Positions 9,649 to 17,813 of a DNA stretch of 32,000 nucleotides are shown one piece after another. Position 1 is the stretch's first letter, and every line of letters starts with the position of its first letter. The stretch comes from Erysipelotrichaceae bacterium (lineage in GTDB: Bacteria; Bacillota_I; Bacilli_A; Erysipelotrichales; Erysipelotrichaceae), in the NCBI GenBank assembly GCA_030604855.1, contig JAUVVC010000010.1, forward strand, positions 1 to 32,000. The letters run 5' to 3'. The translations under genes and the position numbers were made by a program. The notes beneath the pieces were generated by a model. That model was not told the DNA's origin. It did no database searches and was given only the letters and a program-made list of their open reading frames with translations.

Positions 9649-9707
9649 AAAAAACTGTAATGACTAGAATTCCTTTAAGGATATGTACAAGATCATTGCA
9701 GTTTTTT
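9649..9707. terminator. Bidirectional terminator between the convergent pfp and DUF3899-like genes
   Basis: 15-bp stem aaaaaactgtaatga (9649-9663) pairs with tcattgcagtttttt (9693-9707) with one G-U pair. A-run on the left and T-run on the right. The 29-nt loop contains a nested tcct/agga mini-hairpin. Confidence 0.6.
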
Positions 9708-10091
9708 CTATTGAAACAGAGTATATAGGTAACTTATCACAAAGTTGAACGTTATAAAGAGAATACTAATAATCAGAAAATCAAATTTAACAAGAATCCT
9801 GTTTTGATTGGCGATTTGCACGTAACTGTAAAACGAGCTATATTTTACTTTAAGCTCCTCATCAAGTGATTCTTGTTTACGACTGAATATGTAATACGTT
9901 TTTTTGAATGAATAAGCAAATACATCAAAATAGCCGAAACGTTCTAAGAATAGATACATCGTGATCACCAACATTACGATGCTAATGAAACCTAATGCAT
10001 TTAAAAAAGACAATAAGAAGTTCTGTTGAAAGAATGCATATAGCAAAGAGATGGCATAGAGTATCAAAAAAAAATTTAGTTTCTTTAACAT
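9708..10091 (-). CDS. Small multi-pass membrane protein, DUF3899-like
   Basis: About 127 aa counted from ATG 10091 (MLKKLNFF...). Three to four hydrophobic segments and a 'FGYFDVFAYSFKK' motif that I recognise as typical of DUF3899 proteins of Bacillota. The ORF-track start (GTG 10166, abutting the transposase stop) is probably an artefact. The gene is visibly AT-rich. Confidence 0.55.
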   Translation of the reverse strand: MLKKLNFFLILYAISLLYAFFQQNFLLSFLNALGFISIVMLVITMYLFLERFGYFDVFAYSFKKTYYIFSRKQESLDEELKVKYSSFYSYVQIANQNRILVKFDFLIISILFITFNFVISYLYTLFQ

Positions 10092-10158
10092 ATCGTAAGC
10101 ATTATAGCATATGTTCAAATAAAATTTGGAGTTATTCGGCAAATAAGACTTTAACCTA

Positions 10159-11239
10159 GATGACACCTAAATCGTTAGTAAATTCATGGATTTAACCATT
10201 ACTTTGGTAAAAGAAGCGAGTGTTTCCTTTGATTTGGATAGAAAGACCATGAGTTTCTCTTGATCATCCATCCCAATGAAGCGACGCATGAAGAGGTATA
10301 GAGCGAGATAGCGATTGAGATACTTGGTGGAAACCCCACGATAGTGCCGGTATAAGGCTTTGAATCCAGAGTGCATATTGTTCATCGTGTTGAGATGTAC
10401 GGTGGGTGTGAATTCTTGATGATCGGATACGATCACACTCGTGAGTTGATTCTGTTCGATGAGATCATAGTTGGAGAATAAACCATCATTGATCAGAATG
10501 GACTTCGCTTGAATGACATCACCAAAGACTTGAACGACTTCCTGTGAACTGGGTCGTGCACGATTGACACATTGAACTAATTCTTGACCTAGTCGGTTCG
10601 TTCCCATGAAGATACAGAGCTTCTCTTCCGACAAGCCACGCTTCTTTGCACGTTCACCATGTTTACGCGCTTTTCGTCCGGATGTCCGTTTGATCCCCTT
10701 ATACCCATCATTGATAACCGTTTCATCGATTTCAACGATGCCTTCCAAGACAAGCGGCTGCTTGTAAATGAGCTGTTCGAGCAGAAGTAGGAATTTGTGA
10801 CGCATGTGGAAGACGTTTTCAGTAGAAACATCCAATTCAGCGGCTGTCTTGATTAAAGGTACGGCGTTTAAGGTATCCACAATCAAAATCGACCACTGGG
10901 CTTCACTTCGATGGGAGTTATAGTGGAGCTTTCCTCTGGTTTGGACAAATTTATGAAAGCAACTTTGGCATTCAACCCGTTGTTTACCATTCAAGAAACC
11001 TTTCTTGATGATCTTCGGTTCTTGTATACCACAGACAGGACAGAAGGCGTAGTGGGTGGACTCGACCGTTTCATTGAACTGGATATAGTTGCGTAGTTCA
11101 CGTTGGATATTCTCTTTTTGGAAGTCGGTAAGTTGATTGAATAAGTTCAGGATATCGGTGTTTTGCATAAGGGACCTCTTGTGTAAGGTCTATTATACGC
11201 ATTGACAGTTGTCATAAAAGTCATCTGATAACACCTAAA
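10159..11239 (-). mobile_element. IS1595-family insertion sequence, single ORF; boundaries approximate
   Basis: The transposase ORF is bracketed by the near-identical direct 13-mers GATGACACCTAAA (10159-10171) and GATAACACCTAAA (11227-11239), 1068 bp apart. That size is typical of IS1595-group elements. I could not identify terminal inverted repeats by eye. Confidence 0.55.
10167..11168 (-). CDS. IS1595-family transposase (DDE_Tnp_IS1595/ISXO2-like, DDNK subtype)
   Basis: 333 aa. N-terminal zinc ribbon 'CPVCG...x17...CQSCFHKF'. Catalytic region 'VEIDET' (D), 'ILINDGLFSNY' (D) and 'HLNTMNNMHSGFK' (N-x6-K in place of E-x6-K), as described for the IS1595 subgroup. A TATAAT on the minus strand (11197-11192) and the SD 'agagg' lie upstream. 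Confidence 0.85.
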   Translation of the reverse strand: MQNTDILNLFNQLTDFQKENIQRELRNYIQFNETVESTHYAFCPVCGIQEPKIIKKGFLNGKQRVECQSCFHKFVQTRGKLHYNSHRSEAQWSILIVDTLNAVPLIKTAAELDVSTENVFHMRHKFLLLLEQLIYKQPLVLEGIVEIDETVINDGYKGIKRTSGRKARKHGERAKKRGLSEEKLCIFMGTNRLGQELVQCVNRARPSSQEVVQVFGDVIQAKSILINDGLFSNYDLIEQNQLTSVIVSDHQEFTPTVHLNTMNNMHSGFKALYRHYRGVSTKYLNRYLALYLFMRRFIGMDDQEKLMVFLSKSKETLASFTKVMVKSMNLLTI

Positions 11240-11244
11240 AGTTT

Positions 11245-11266
11245 ATGAAAATATTTTCATAAAATT
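11245..11266. promoter_or_regulatory. 16-bp perfect palindrome overlapping a CodY-box-like sequence upstream of the opp promoter
   Basis: ATGAAAATATTTTCAT (11245-11260) is a perfect palindrome. TATTTTCATAAAATT (11252-11266) matches the CodY consensus AATTTTCWGAAAATT at 13 of 15 positions. Confidence 0.35.
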
Positions 11267-11300
11267 CACATTACACTTTCACGAATATTTCACAATGCTA

Positions 11301-11328
11301 TTGACAGTTTTCAATAATTCCCTATAAT
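11301..11328 (+). promoter_or_regulatory. Consensus sigma-A promoter of the opp operon
   Basis: TTGACA (11301-11306), a 16-nt spacer, then TATAAT (11323-11328). It lies about 40 nt upstream of the oppA ATG. Confidence 0.75.
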
Positions 11329-11367
11329 AAAACCTATACACGTAAGGTGTGGAAAGGATTATTAGTA

Positions 11368-13008
11368 ATGAAAAGACTATTATTATTGTTGGTAGTTGCT
11401 GTCTTGATTGCTACTAATTTAGTTGGATGTGCGAAAAAGGTTGAACTTGGTGCTAACATCAATTTATTCCAAGGCGAAGACATCCCTACATTAGATGCTA
11501 ACTTAGCTACCGATGCTGTTTCCTTTGATTCATTAGGAAACGTTATGGAAGGTCTCGTTCGCTTAGGCCAAGATGCCGATCTCGTTGCTGGGGTTGCAGA
11601 ATCTTGGTCATTTGATGAAGCGAGCTTGACTTGGACATTTAAACTAAATAAAGATGCTGTATGGGTAGATGCTACAGGCAAAGAACAACGTAAAGTTGTT
11701 GCGGGCGATTTCGTGTATTCATGGGACCGTTTAGCTGCTGGAGATTATCAATACACCTTTATGTTAGCGGATGTCGCTAAGATCGTTAGTTATAAAGCTG
11801 TAGACGATGCGACTTTAACGGTCACATTGGCTGAAAAAGTTCCTTATTTCCTAAGCAATATGGCATTCCCTTCGTTCTACCCAATCCCTAAGGAAAGAGT
11901 AGATGCATTAGGTGAGAGCTATGGTACAACTGCTGTAGATCTTTGGTACAATGGACCATTCTACATGTCCAAATGGGATCACTCGGTTGAATTCGTATGG
12001 ACTCGTAATCCAGAATATTGGGAAGCTGAAGTTGTTCGTACACCTGCAGTCACGTTCCGCGTCATCGAACAATATGATGTAGCGACGGGTGTTGCATTGT
12101 ATGATGAAGGTCAAATCGACGCTGTTGGCTTGTCAGGTGAGTTCGTTACACAACGTAAGAACGATCCAGATGCAGTCACCGTTCCGGATACGGCTGTCTT
12201 CTACTTGATGATCAACGTTGGTAATGCAGGTCCTGATGCGACTGCACCCGATGATGTCACAGCTGGTAATCCATTGTTTGACAACCTCAAAGTGCGTCAA
12301 GCAATTGCTAAATCCGTTGACAAATCTTACATCACTGAAAACATCTTAAAGAATGGTTCTGTTCCTGCTTACCACTTCATTCCTTCCAACTACTTGTCAT
12401 CCAATGGCGTTGGTTTCGAAGATGCACGTGGTGAAGGTTACATGTTGACCGACAAAGCTGAAGCGCGCAAATTGTTTGAAGCAGGTATGACCGAATTGGG
12501 TTATGCTGCTGGTGAAAACGGCTTATCCGTTAACATCTTGAACTACGAGTCTGCAACTGCTGGTAAGATCATTGAATTCGTCGTTCAAGAATTGGATGAG
12601 TTGTTCGCTGGCTATGGTGTTACGATCAATGTTTCCACATTGCCATTTGCACAAAAATTACAAGAAGCCGAAGCAGGTCGTTATGACATCACATTTGCTG
12701 GTTGGGGTCCTGACTATGATTGGCCAACAACTTACTTGGATATGTGGTTGACTGACAATGCTTACAATGAAGTTGGTTACTCCAATGCTGAATACGATGC
12801 GTTGTTGAGCCCAGCTGGTAAAGATGATGCTCAAGTTTGGGCGGATCTCCAAGCTGCTGAAGGCCTCTTCTTGAATGATGCTGTCATGATTCCTATCTAT
12901 CAAAGAGCTGGTATCTCCTTGAGAAACCCATTGGTATCTGGTATCGTTTATCACTTAAGTGGTTACGATACAAGTTTGAAATGGGCATTCAAAGAAGTTG
13001 CTGAATAA
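11368..13008 (+). CDS. oppA: Peptide ABC transporter substrate-binding lipoprotein (SBP family 5, OppA-like)
   Basis: Signal peptide with lipobox 'MKRLLLLLVVAVLIATNLVGC'. Family-5 SBP features ('GLVRLG', 'WTFKLNKDAVW', 'WGPDYDWPTTYLDMW'). ATG 11368 with SD 'ggaaagga' is preferred over the ORF-track GTG at 11347. Confidence 0.88.
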   Translation: MKRLLLLLVVAVLIATNLVGCAKKVELGANINLFQGEDIPTLDANLATDAVSFDSLGNVMEGLVRLGQDADLVAGVAESWSFDEASLTWTFKLNKDAVWVDATGKEQRKVVAGDFVYSWDRLAAGDYQYTFMLADVAKIVSYKAVDDATLTVTLAEKVPYFLSNMAFPSFYPIPKERVDALGESYGTTAVDLWYNGPFYMSKWDHSVEFVWTRNPEYWEAEVVRTPAVTFRVIEQYDVATGVALYDEGQIDAVGLSGEFVTQRKNDPDAVTVPDTAVFYLMINVGNAGPDATAPDDVTAGNPLFDNLKVRQAIAKSVDKSYITENILKNGSVPAYHFIPSNYLSSNGVGFEDARGEGYMLTDKAEARKLFEAGMTELGYAAGENGLSVNILNYESATAGKIIEFVVQELDELFAGYGVTINVSTLPFAQKLQEAEAGRYDITFAGWGPDYDWPTTYLDMWLTDNAYNEVGYSNAEYDALLSPAGKDDAQVWADLQAAEGLFLNDAVMIPIYQRAGISLRNPLVSGIVYHLSGYDTSLKWAFKEVAE

Positions 13009-13030
13009 GTTTCTAGCTTAAAGTCTATCA

Positions 13031-13057
13031 AAAGGGGTGCTTTACGCCCCCTTTTTA
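13031..13057 (+). terminator. Intra-operon (attenuating) terminator after oppA
   Basis: Stem aaaggggtg (13031-13039) pairs with cgccccttt (13045 onward) around the loop cttta, followed by a T-run. Confidence 0.65.
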
Positions 13058-13134
13058 TGTTGATTTTGATTTACATCATTTTATCGTTGTATTATGTTTA
13101 ATATGATAAGGTTGCTAAACATTATCGAGCGATA

Positions 13135-13178
13135 TGTAAAAATGTAAATTTTCAGAATTTTTGTAAAATGTTAATTTT
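13135..13178. repeat. Imperfect direct repeat pair flanking a CodY-box-like sequence
   Basis: TGTAAAAATGTAAATTTT (13135-13152) and TGTAAAATGTTAATTTT (13162-13178). AATTTTCAGAATTTT (13147-13161) matches the CodY consensus at 13 of 15 positions. Confidence 0.4.
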
Positions 13179-13203
13179 AATCGAACAATTTGCAAAAAAA
13201 ATA

Positions 13204-13231
13204 TTCACATTATTGAAAATTAGGATATAAT
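13204..13231 (+). promoter_or_regulatory. Candidate internal promoter for oppBCDF
   Basis: TTCACA (13204-13209), a 16-nt spacer, then TATAAT (13226-13231). It lies about 55 nt upstream of oppB, which has the SD 'aaaggagg'. Confidence 0.5.
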
Positions 13232-13287
13232 AATAGCACTGTCTAGTTTGTAACGAGCGGTTTTTTTGTCCCAAAGGAGGTATAGGA

Positions 13288-14253
13288 ATGACACGTTATA
13301 TTGGTAGAAGAGTTCTTCAAATGTTGATGACACTTTTCTTGATTATGACAATTTTGTTTATTCTGCTAAAGGTAACACCGGGTTCTCCATTTACCAATCC
13401 CAGAATATCAGCAGAGACACGTGCAATGCTGGAAATGAAGTATGGATTGGACAAACCGATCCTTGTTCAATATGTGATCTACTTAGGTGGATTGTTGCGT
13501 TTTGATTTTGGTGAGTCAATCATCATTATTAAAAACTATCCTGTAACGAAAATGATCTTCGAACCCTTGGCGATAACTGCACGTTTAGGTTTGATTGCAT
13601 TGCTCATAGGTTCTGCAATCGGTATCTTTTTAGGAGCTCTAGCAGCATTGAATCGAAACAAGTTCTGGGATCATTTCAATACCATTATCGCGGTTATTGG
13701 GGTTTCTGTTCCGTCGTTTGTCATTGCGACGATTCTATTGTTGTTGCGGAAGCAATTTCCAATTGTTCCTATCATCTTTAATAAGGCTGACCCAGCGAAA
13801 GGTATCTCACTTCTTGATGAAATCCGTTCGATGACACTACCGATCTTATCACTTTCATTTGGTGTTATTGCGACGATTTCACGTTATATGCGTACGGAGT
13901 TGGTTGAAGTCTATAACTCTGACTTTATCCTTCTTGCACGCGCGAAAGGTTTAAATCGAACTCAAGTCTTCACAAAACATGCTTTCCGTAATGCATTGAT
14001 TCCAATCATTACGGTCATGGGGCCCATGTTGGTTGCTTTGATCACTGGCAGTACGGTGGTTGAGCGCTTCTTCGGTGTTCCAGGCTTGGCTTTGTTGACG
14101 ATTAAATCCATTAACGTCAAAGATACGTTTGTTACCTTAGGGGCTGAACTGCTCTATAGTGCCATGTTTGTTATGACGATGTTGTTTGTGGATATTGCTT
14201 ATGGATTCATTGATCCTAGAATTCGTTTAGTTGGAGGTGGAAAGAATGACTAA
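13288..14253 (+). CDS. oppB: Peptide ABC transporter permease OppB
   Basis: 321 aa beginning 'YIGRRVLQMLMTLF'. Contains the EAA-type motif 'DFILLARAKGLNRTQVFTKHAFRNALIP' and six predicted TM helices. Confidence 0.9.
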   Translation: MTRYIGRRVLQMLMTLFLIMTILFILLKVTPGSPFTNPRISAETRAMLEMKYGLDKPILVQYVIYLGGLLRFDFGESIIIIKNYPVTKMIFEPLAITARLGLIALLIGSAIGIFLGALAALNRNKFWDHFNTIIAVIGVSVPSFVIATILLLLRKQFPIVPIIFNKADPAKGISLLDEIRSMTLPILSLSFGVIATISRYMRTELVEVYNSDFILLARAKGLNRTQVFTKHAFRNALIPIITVMGPMLVALITGSTVVERFFGVPGLALLTIKSINVKDTFVTLGAELLYSAMFVMTMLFVDIAYGFIDPRIRLVGGGKND

Positions 14254-15409
14254 TCATGATAAAAATCTGAATCAAGCATTCGATGTTGAAAACCTACCCA
14301 AAGATCTCTTTACTTTTGAAAAAGCAACGGATGATGCCGAAGGATTGACAACTAAACCAATCTCATTTTGGCAAGATTCGATGCGTCGTTTATTTAAGAA
14401 TTATGTTGCGGTAGTTTCGTTGCTTATCATCGTTGTCTTATTCTTGACCGCGATCATCGCGCCGATGCTGTCAAATTATACACTGACAGGTCGAGTCAAT
14501 CAGGATTATTATAAGTTTGCTCAATTACCTCCACGTGTTCCGGTGTTAGAACATTTTGGTTTATTTGATGGAACTTTGATCAAAGAGTTCACACAAGGTT
14601 CATTAGATGAAGTTGGGTATGCGTCTGATGAATATAAGATTGTTGGTACGTTCACACGTAATCGAATCGAGTACTTAAAAGTTAAAGAATACACTTACAA
14701 GTATCTCGATATCGAAGATCGCTATTTCATTTTTGGAACAGATATCTTGTCACGCGATATCTGGACACGTGTTTGGTATGGAACCAGCATTTCGTTATTG
14801 ATTGGTGTTTATGCTGCCATCATTGACGTCTTGATTGGAGTCATTTATGGAGGCATTGCAGGTTATTTTGGTGGAACCAAAATCGACGATGTTATGATGC
14901 GTATCTTGGAAGTCCTCTATGGGATTCCTTCCATCGTTATACTATTTGTCTTGTTTATGTTTTTAACGCCTGGTATCGTTCCAATCGCGATTGCGATTGC
15001 TTTGACGGGTTGGATTGGGGTTGCACGTATGATCCGTGCTCAATTCCTTAAGCTTCGTGACCAAGAGTTTGTTCTTGCGGCACGGACCTTAGGTGCTTCA
15101 GATACACGAATCATTATGAAACATTTGATTCCAAACGTTGTAGCTCAGATCATTGTCATGGCTTCCTTCTCGATTCCTTCCGCAATTTTCTATGAAGCCT
15201 TCTTGGCATTCATTGGAATCGGTTTGGATCTCAGTAAACCATCGCTAGGTGTTTTGATCAATGATGCGATTTCCTCAACACAAGGTGCAATGACCTACGT
15301 CTATCAATTGGTTCTTCCAAGCTTGGTCTTGTCAACGTTGATGTTGTCCATAAATTTATTAGGTAACGGCTTACGGGATGCGCTGGATCCACGTATGCGT
15401 AACAACTAG
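14246..15409 (+). CDS. oppC: Peptide ABC transporter permease OppC (with a long N-terminal extracytoplasmic loop)
   Basis: Contains 'FGTDILSRDIWTRVWYG' and the EAA motif 'EFVLAARTLGASDTRIIMKHLIPN'. ATG 14246, preceded by the SD 'ggaggtgg', is preferred over the ORF-track start at 14231. Confidence 0.88.
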   Translation: MTNHDKNLNQAFDVENLPKDLFTFEKATDDAEGLTTKPISFWQDSMRRLFKNYVAVVSLLIIVVLFLTAIIAPMLSNYTLTGRVNQDYYKFAQLPPRVPVLEHFGLFDGTLIKEFTQGSLDEVGYASDEYKIVGTFTRNRIEYLKVKEYTYKYLDIEDRYFIFGTDILSRDIWTRVWYGTSISLLIGVYAAIIDVLIGVIYGGIAGYFGGTKIDDVMMRILEVLYGIPSIVILFVLFMFLTPGIVPIAIAIALTGWIGVARMIRAQFLKLRDQEFVLAARTLGASDTRIIMKHLIPNVVAQIIVMASFSIPSAIFYEAFLAFIGIGLDLSKPSLGVLINDAISSTQGAMTYVYQLVLPSLVLSTLMLSINLLGNGLRDALDPRMRNN

Positions 15410-15420
15410 GAGGTAACGAC

Positions 15421-16473
15421 ATGAAAGAAACAGTACTTAGTGTCAAAAATCTAACGGTCTCCTTTAAGACGCATGGTGGAATGGTCCAGGCTGTTCGGGA
15501 TGTTAGTTTTGATTTATATCAAGGTGAAACACTTGCCATCGTTGGTGAGTCGGGTTCTGGTAAATCCGTCACATCCAAATCCATCATGGGTTTGTTATCG
15601 CCCAATGCAGTAATTGAAAAGGGTGAGATTTTATACAACGGAACCAACTTGCTAAAGTTAAGTGAAAATGATTTTTCAAAGTATCGCGGTGCAGACATTG
15701 CAATGGTTTTCCAAGATCCGATGACCTCTTTGAATCCAGTCATGACGATTGGCGATCAGATTTCTGAATCGTTGATCAATAATCTTAAATACACCAAGGA
15801 ACAAGCTAAAGCGCGTTCATTGGAATTGATTTCTCTAGTTGGAATCGATAGTCCGGAGAAGCGCTTTAAACAGTATCCGCATCAATTCTCAGGTGGGATG
15901 CGTCAACGTATCGTCATTGCGATCGCACTAAGTTGCAATCCAAAGATTCTGATTTGTGATGAACCCACGACTGCTTTGGATGTCACAACCCAAGCTCAAA
16001 TCTTGGAGTTGATCAAAGACCTCCAACAACACTTTGGTGTGTCTGTCATCTTCATTACGCATGACCTGGGTGTCGTTGCGAACATGAGTGATCGTGTTGG
16101 CGTCATGTATGCTGGAAAGATCGTTGAAATCGGAACGGTTGAAGATGTCTATTACGATCCAAGACATCCTTATACTTGGGGTCTCTTGGCTTCCATTCCT
16201 GCTTTCCAAGCCAAGGGTGTTGAGCTCTATGCGATACCAGGTGCGCCACCACAAATGATCAATCCGCCAAAAGGGGATGCCTTCTCTTTGCGCAGTGATT
16301 GGTCGATGAAAGTTGACTTCGTGCACCAACCTCCAATGTTCAAAATCAGTGAAACCCATTCGGCAGCCACATGGTTGCTTCATCCCAATGCACCAAAAGT
16401 TGATCGTCCTGCACAACTACAAGAACGTATCAATGTACTGATGCGGATGCATGAAGGAGGTAAAAACGAATGA
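15421..16473 (+). CDS. oppD: Peptide ABC transporter ATP-binding protein OppD
   Basis: Walker A 'GESGSGKSV', signature 'FSGGMRQR', Walker B 'ILICDEPTTALD' and the oligopeptide-type C-terminal domain 'HPYTWGLL'. Confidence 0.9.
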   Translation: MKETVLSVKNLTVSFKTHGGMVQAVRDVSFDLYQGETLAIVGESGSGKSVTSKSIMGLLSPNAVIEKGEILYNGTNLLKLSENDFSKYRGADIAMVFQDPMTSLNPVMTIGDQISESLINNLKYTKEQAKARSLELISLVGIDSPEKRFKQYPHQFSGGMRQRIVIAIALSCNPKILICDEPTTALDVTTQAQILELIKDLQQHFGVSVIFITHDLGVVANMSDRVGVMYAGKIVEIGTVEDVYYDPRHPYTWGLLASIPAFQAKGVELYAIPGAPPQMINPPKGDAFSLRSDWSMKVDFVHQPPMFKISETHSAATWLLHPNAPKVDRPAQLQERINVLMRMHEGGKNE

Positions 16474-17399
16474 GCAACGTCTTATTAAAAGTTGAACATC
16501 TCAAGCAATACTTTAAACTTGATCGTAAGTCAAAAGTCAAAGCGGTTGATGATGTCAGTTTCGATATTTACGAGGGAGAAACCTTCGGTTTGGTAGGTGA
16601 GTCTGGTTCTGGTAAGACCACGATTGGTCGATCCATCATACGTTTATACGACATCACCGGTGGCAATGTCACATTTGAAGGCAAACAAGCTAGTGGGAAG
16701 TTAAAAAAAGAAGAACGTGCTTCAATCGCACGAAACATGCAGATGATCTTCCAAGATCCCATGGCATGTCTGAATCCTCGCATGAACATCCGTGACATCG
16801 TTGCGGAAGGCATTGATATACACAAGTTGGCCAAGACCAAGGAAGAACGCGATGAAATGGTATATGCCATTCTCGCCAAAGTCGGTTTGGCGCGTGAACA
16901 TGCAGGTCGTTATCCTCATGAGTTCTCAGGTGGACAACGTCAACGTATCGGGATCGCTCGTGCATTGATCACCAATCCTAAGTTGGTCATCTGTGATGAA
17001 CCCATCTCTGCTTTGGATGTATCCATCCAATCGCAAGTCGTCAATCTTTTAAAGAAACTTCAGAAAGAATTGGGTTTGACCTATTTGTTCATTGCCCATG
17101 ACTTATCCATGGTACGTTATATTTCTGACCGTATTGCAGTCATGCATAAAGGAAAGATCGTTGAGTTGGCGGATGCGGAAGAACTCTATAACAATCCGCT
17201 TCATCCCTACACGCGCTCTTTGATGTCTGCTATTCCAACTCCGGATCCCAAGAGTGAAAAACAACGTGCACGTTTTGCATACGATCCTTCTCAACATGAT
17301 TACACAACAGATGAGCCTAAGATGCGTGAAATACGTCCAAAGCATTTCATCTATTGCAATGAGAAAGAGTTCCAAGCTTATCAAACAGAAATTGCTTAA
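16470..17399 (+). CDS. oppF: Peptide ABC transporter ATP-binding protein OppF
   Basis: Walker A 'GESGSGKTT', signature 'FSGGQRQR', Walker B 'LVICDEPISALD' and 'HPYTRSLMSAIP'. ATGA overlap with oppD. Confidence 0.9.
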   Translation: MSNVLLKVEHLKQYFKLDRKSKVKAVDDVSFDIYEGETFGLVGESGSGKTTIGRSIIRLYDITGGNVTFEGKQASGKLKKEERASIARNMQMIFQDPMACLNPRMNIRDIVAEGIDIHKLAKTKEERDEMVYAILAKVGLAREHAGRYPHEFSGGQRQRIGIARALITNPKLVICDEPISALDVSIQSQVVNLLKKLQKELGLTYLFIAHDLSMVRYISDRIAVMHKGKIVELADAEELYNNPLHPYTRSLMSAIPTPDPKSEKQRARFAYDPSQHDYTTDEPKMREIRPKHFIYCNEKEFQAYQTEIA

Positions 17400-17410
17400 C
17401 ATGAATTGAT

Positions 17411-17446
17411 AAACACATCGTTCGTTTAACAGTCGATGTGTTTTTT
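17411..17446 (+). terminator. Rho-independent terminator of the opp operon
   Basis: Perfect 10-bp stem aaacacatcg (17411-17420) pairs with cgatgtgttt (17434-17443), followed by a T-run. Confidence 0.8.
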
Positions 17447-17500
17447 AATGTAAAACTTCGAGATAACGCAACATTTTATTGTGAAAAGTGTTGGCTTATT

Positions 17501-17509
17501 TGATATAAT
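17501..17509 (+). promoter_or_regulatory. Extended -10 promoter (TGaTATAAT) for tRNA-Ser
   Basis: TGATATAAT at 17501-17509, 11 nt upstream of the first tRNA base. Confidence 0.55.
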
Positions 17510-17520
17510 GATTAAGCGCT

Positions 17521-17609
17521 GGAGGAATACCCAAGTGGTTGAAGGGGTCGGTTTCGAAAACCGATAGGAGTGCAAGCTCGCGCGGGTTCAAATCCTGCTT
17601 CCTCCGCCA
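17521..17609 (+). tRNA. tRNA-Ser (anticodon CGA), class II with a long variable arm; CCA encoded
   Basis: Acceptor stem GGAGGAA pairs with TTCCTCC. The anticodon stem tcggt/accga encloses the loop ttCGAaa. Long variable arm 'taggagtgcaagctcgcgc', T-arm 'gggttcaaatcc', and a 3' GCCA. Followed by a T9 run. Confidence 0.9.
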
Positions 17610-17784
17610 TTTTTTTTTGGTCTTTTTGATGCGGAGAAAAATCTAGAGCGTGATCATTGGAAGGTAAAAAAAAGTACACTTGTGAAAAAGTACAGAAAAT
17701 GTGTTTGTTTTAAACATCCACCCAAGTTAAAACAGGTGTAAAATATAGACAAGCATGTTAAATCGTAAATTTGTGAAGTGAGAC

Positions 17785-17813
17785 TTGAAGAGTGTATAGA
17801 ATGAGCGTATAGT
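17785..17813 (+). promoter_or_regulatory. Candidate promoter of the V-type ATPase operon
   Basis: TTGAAG (17785-17790), a 17-nt spacer, then TATAGT (17808-17813). It lies about 20-25 nt upstream of the first ORF. Confidence 0.4.

Noticed and set aside
10092-10166. N-terminal extensions given by the ORF track: the DUF3899-like ORF starting at GTG 10166, azlC at 29449, azlD at 28733, oppA at 11347, oppC at 14231, ABC-F at 6521, and the DUF2721-like ORF at 30285
   Set aside because: These are longest-ORF artefacts. Several abut the preceding stop codon exactly, and in most cases an internal ATG with a properly spaced SD or an ATGA coupling overlap fits better. The DUF3899-like gene is the exception, because its preferred ATG has no SD.
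10130-11260. Terminal inverted repeats for the IS1595 element
   Set aside because: I found only short AT-rich or 7-nt matches (AGATGAC/GTCATCT, ATAA-ACTTT-A). They are too weak to report as IRs, so the element boundaries remain approximate.
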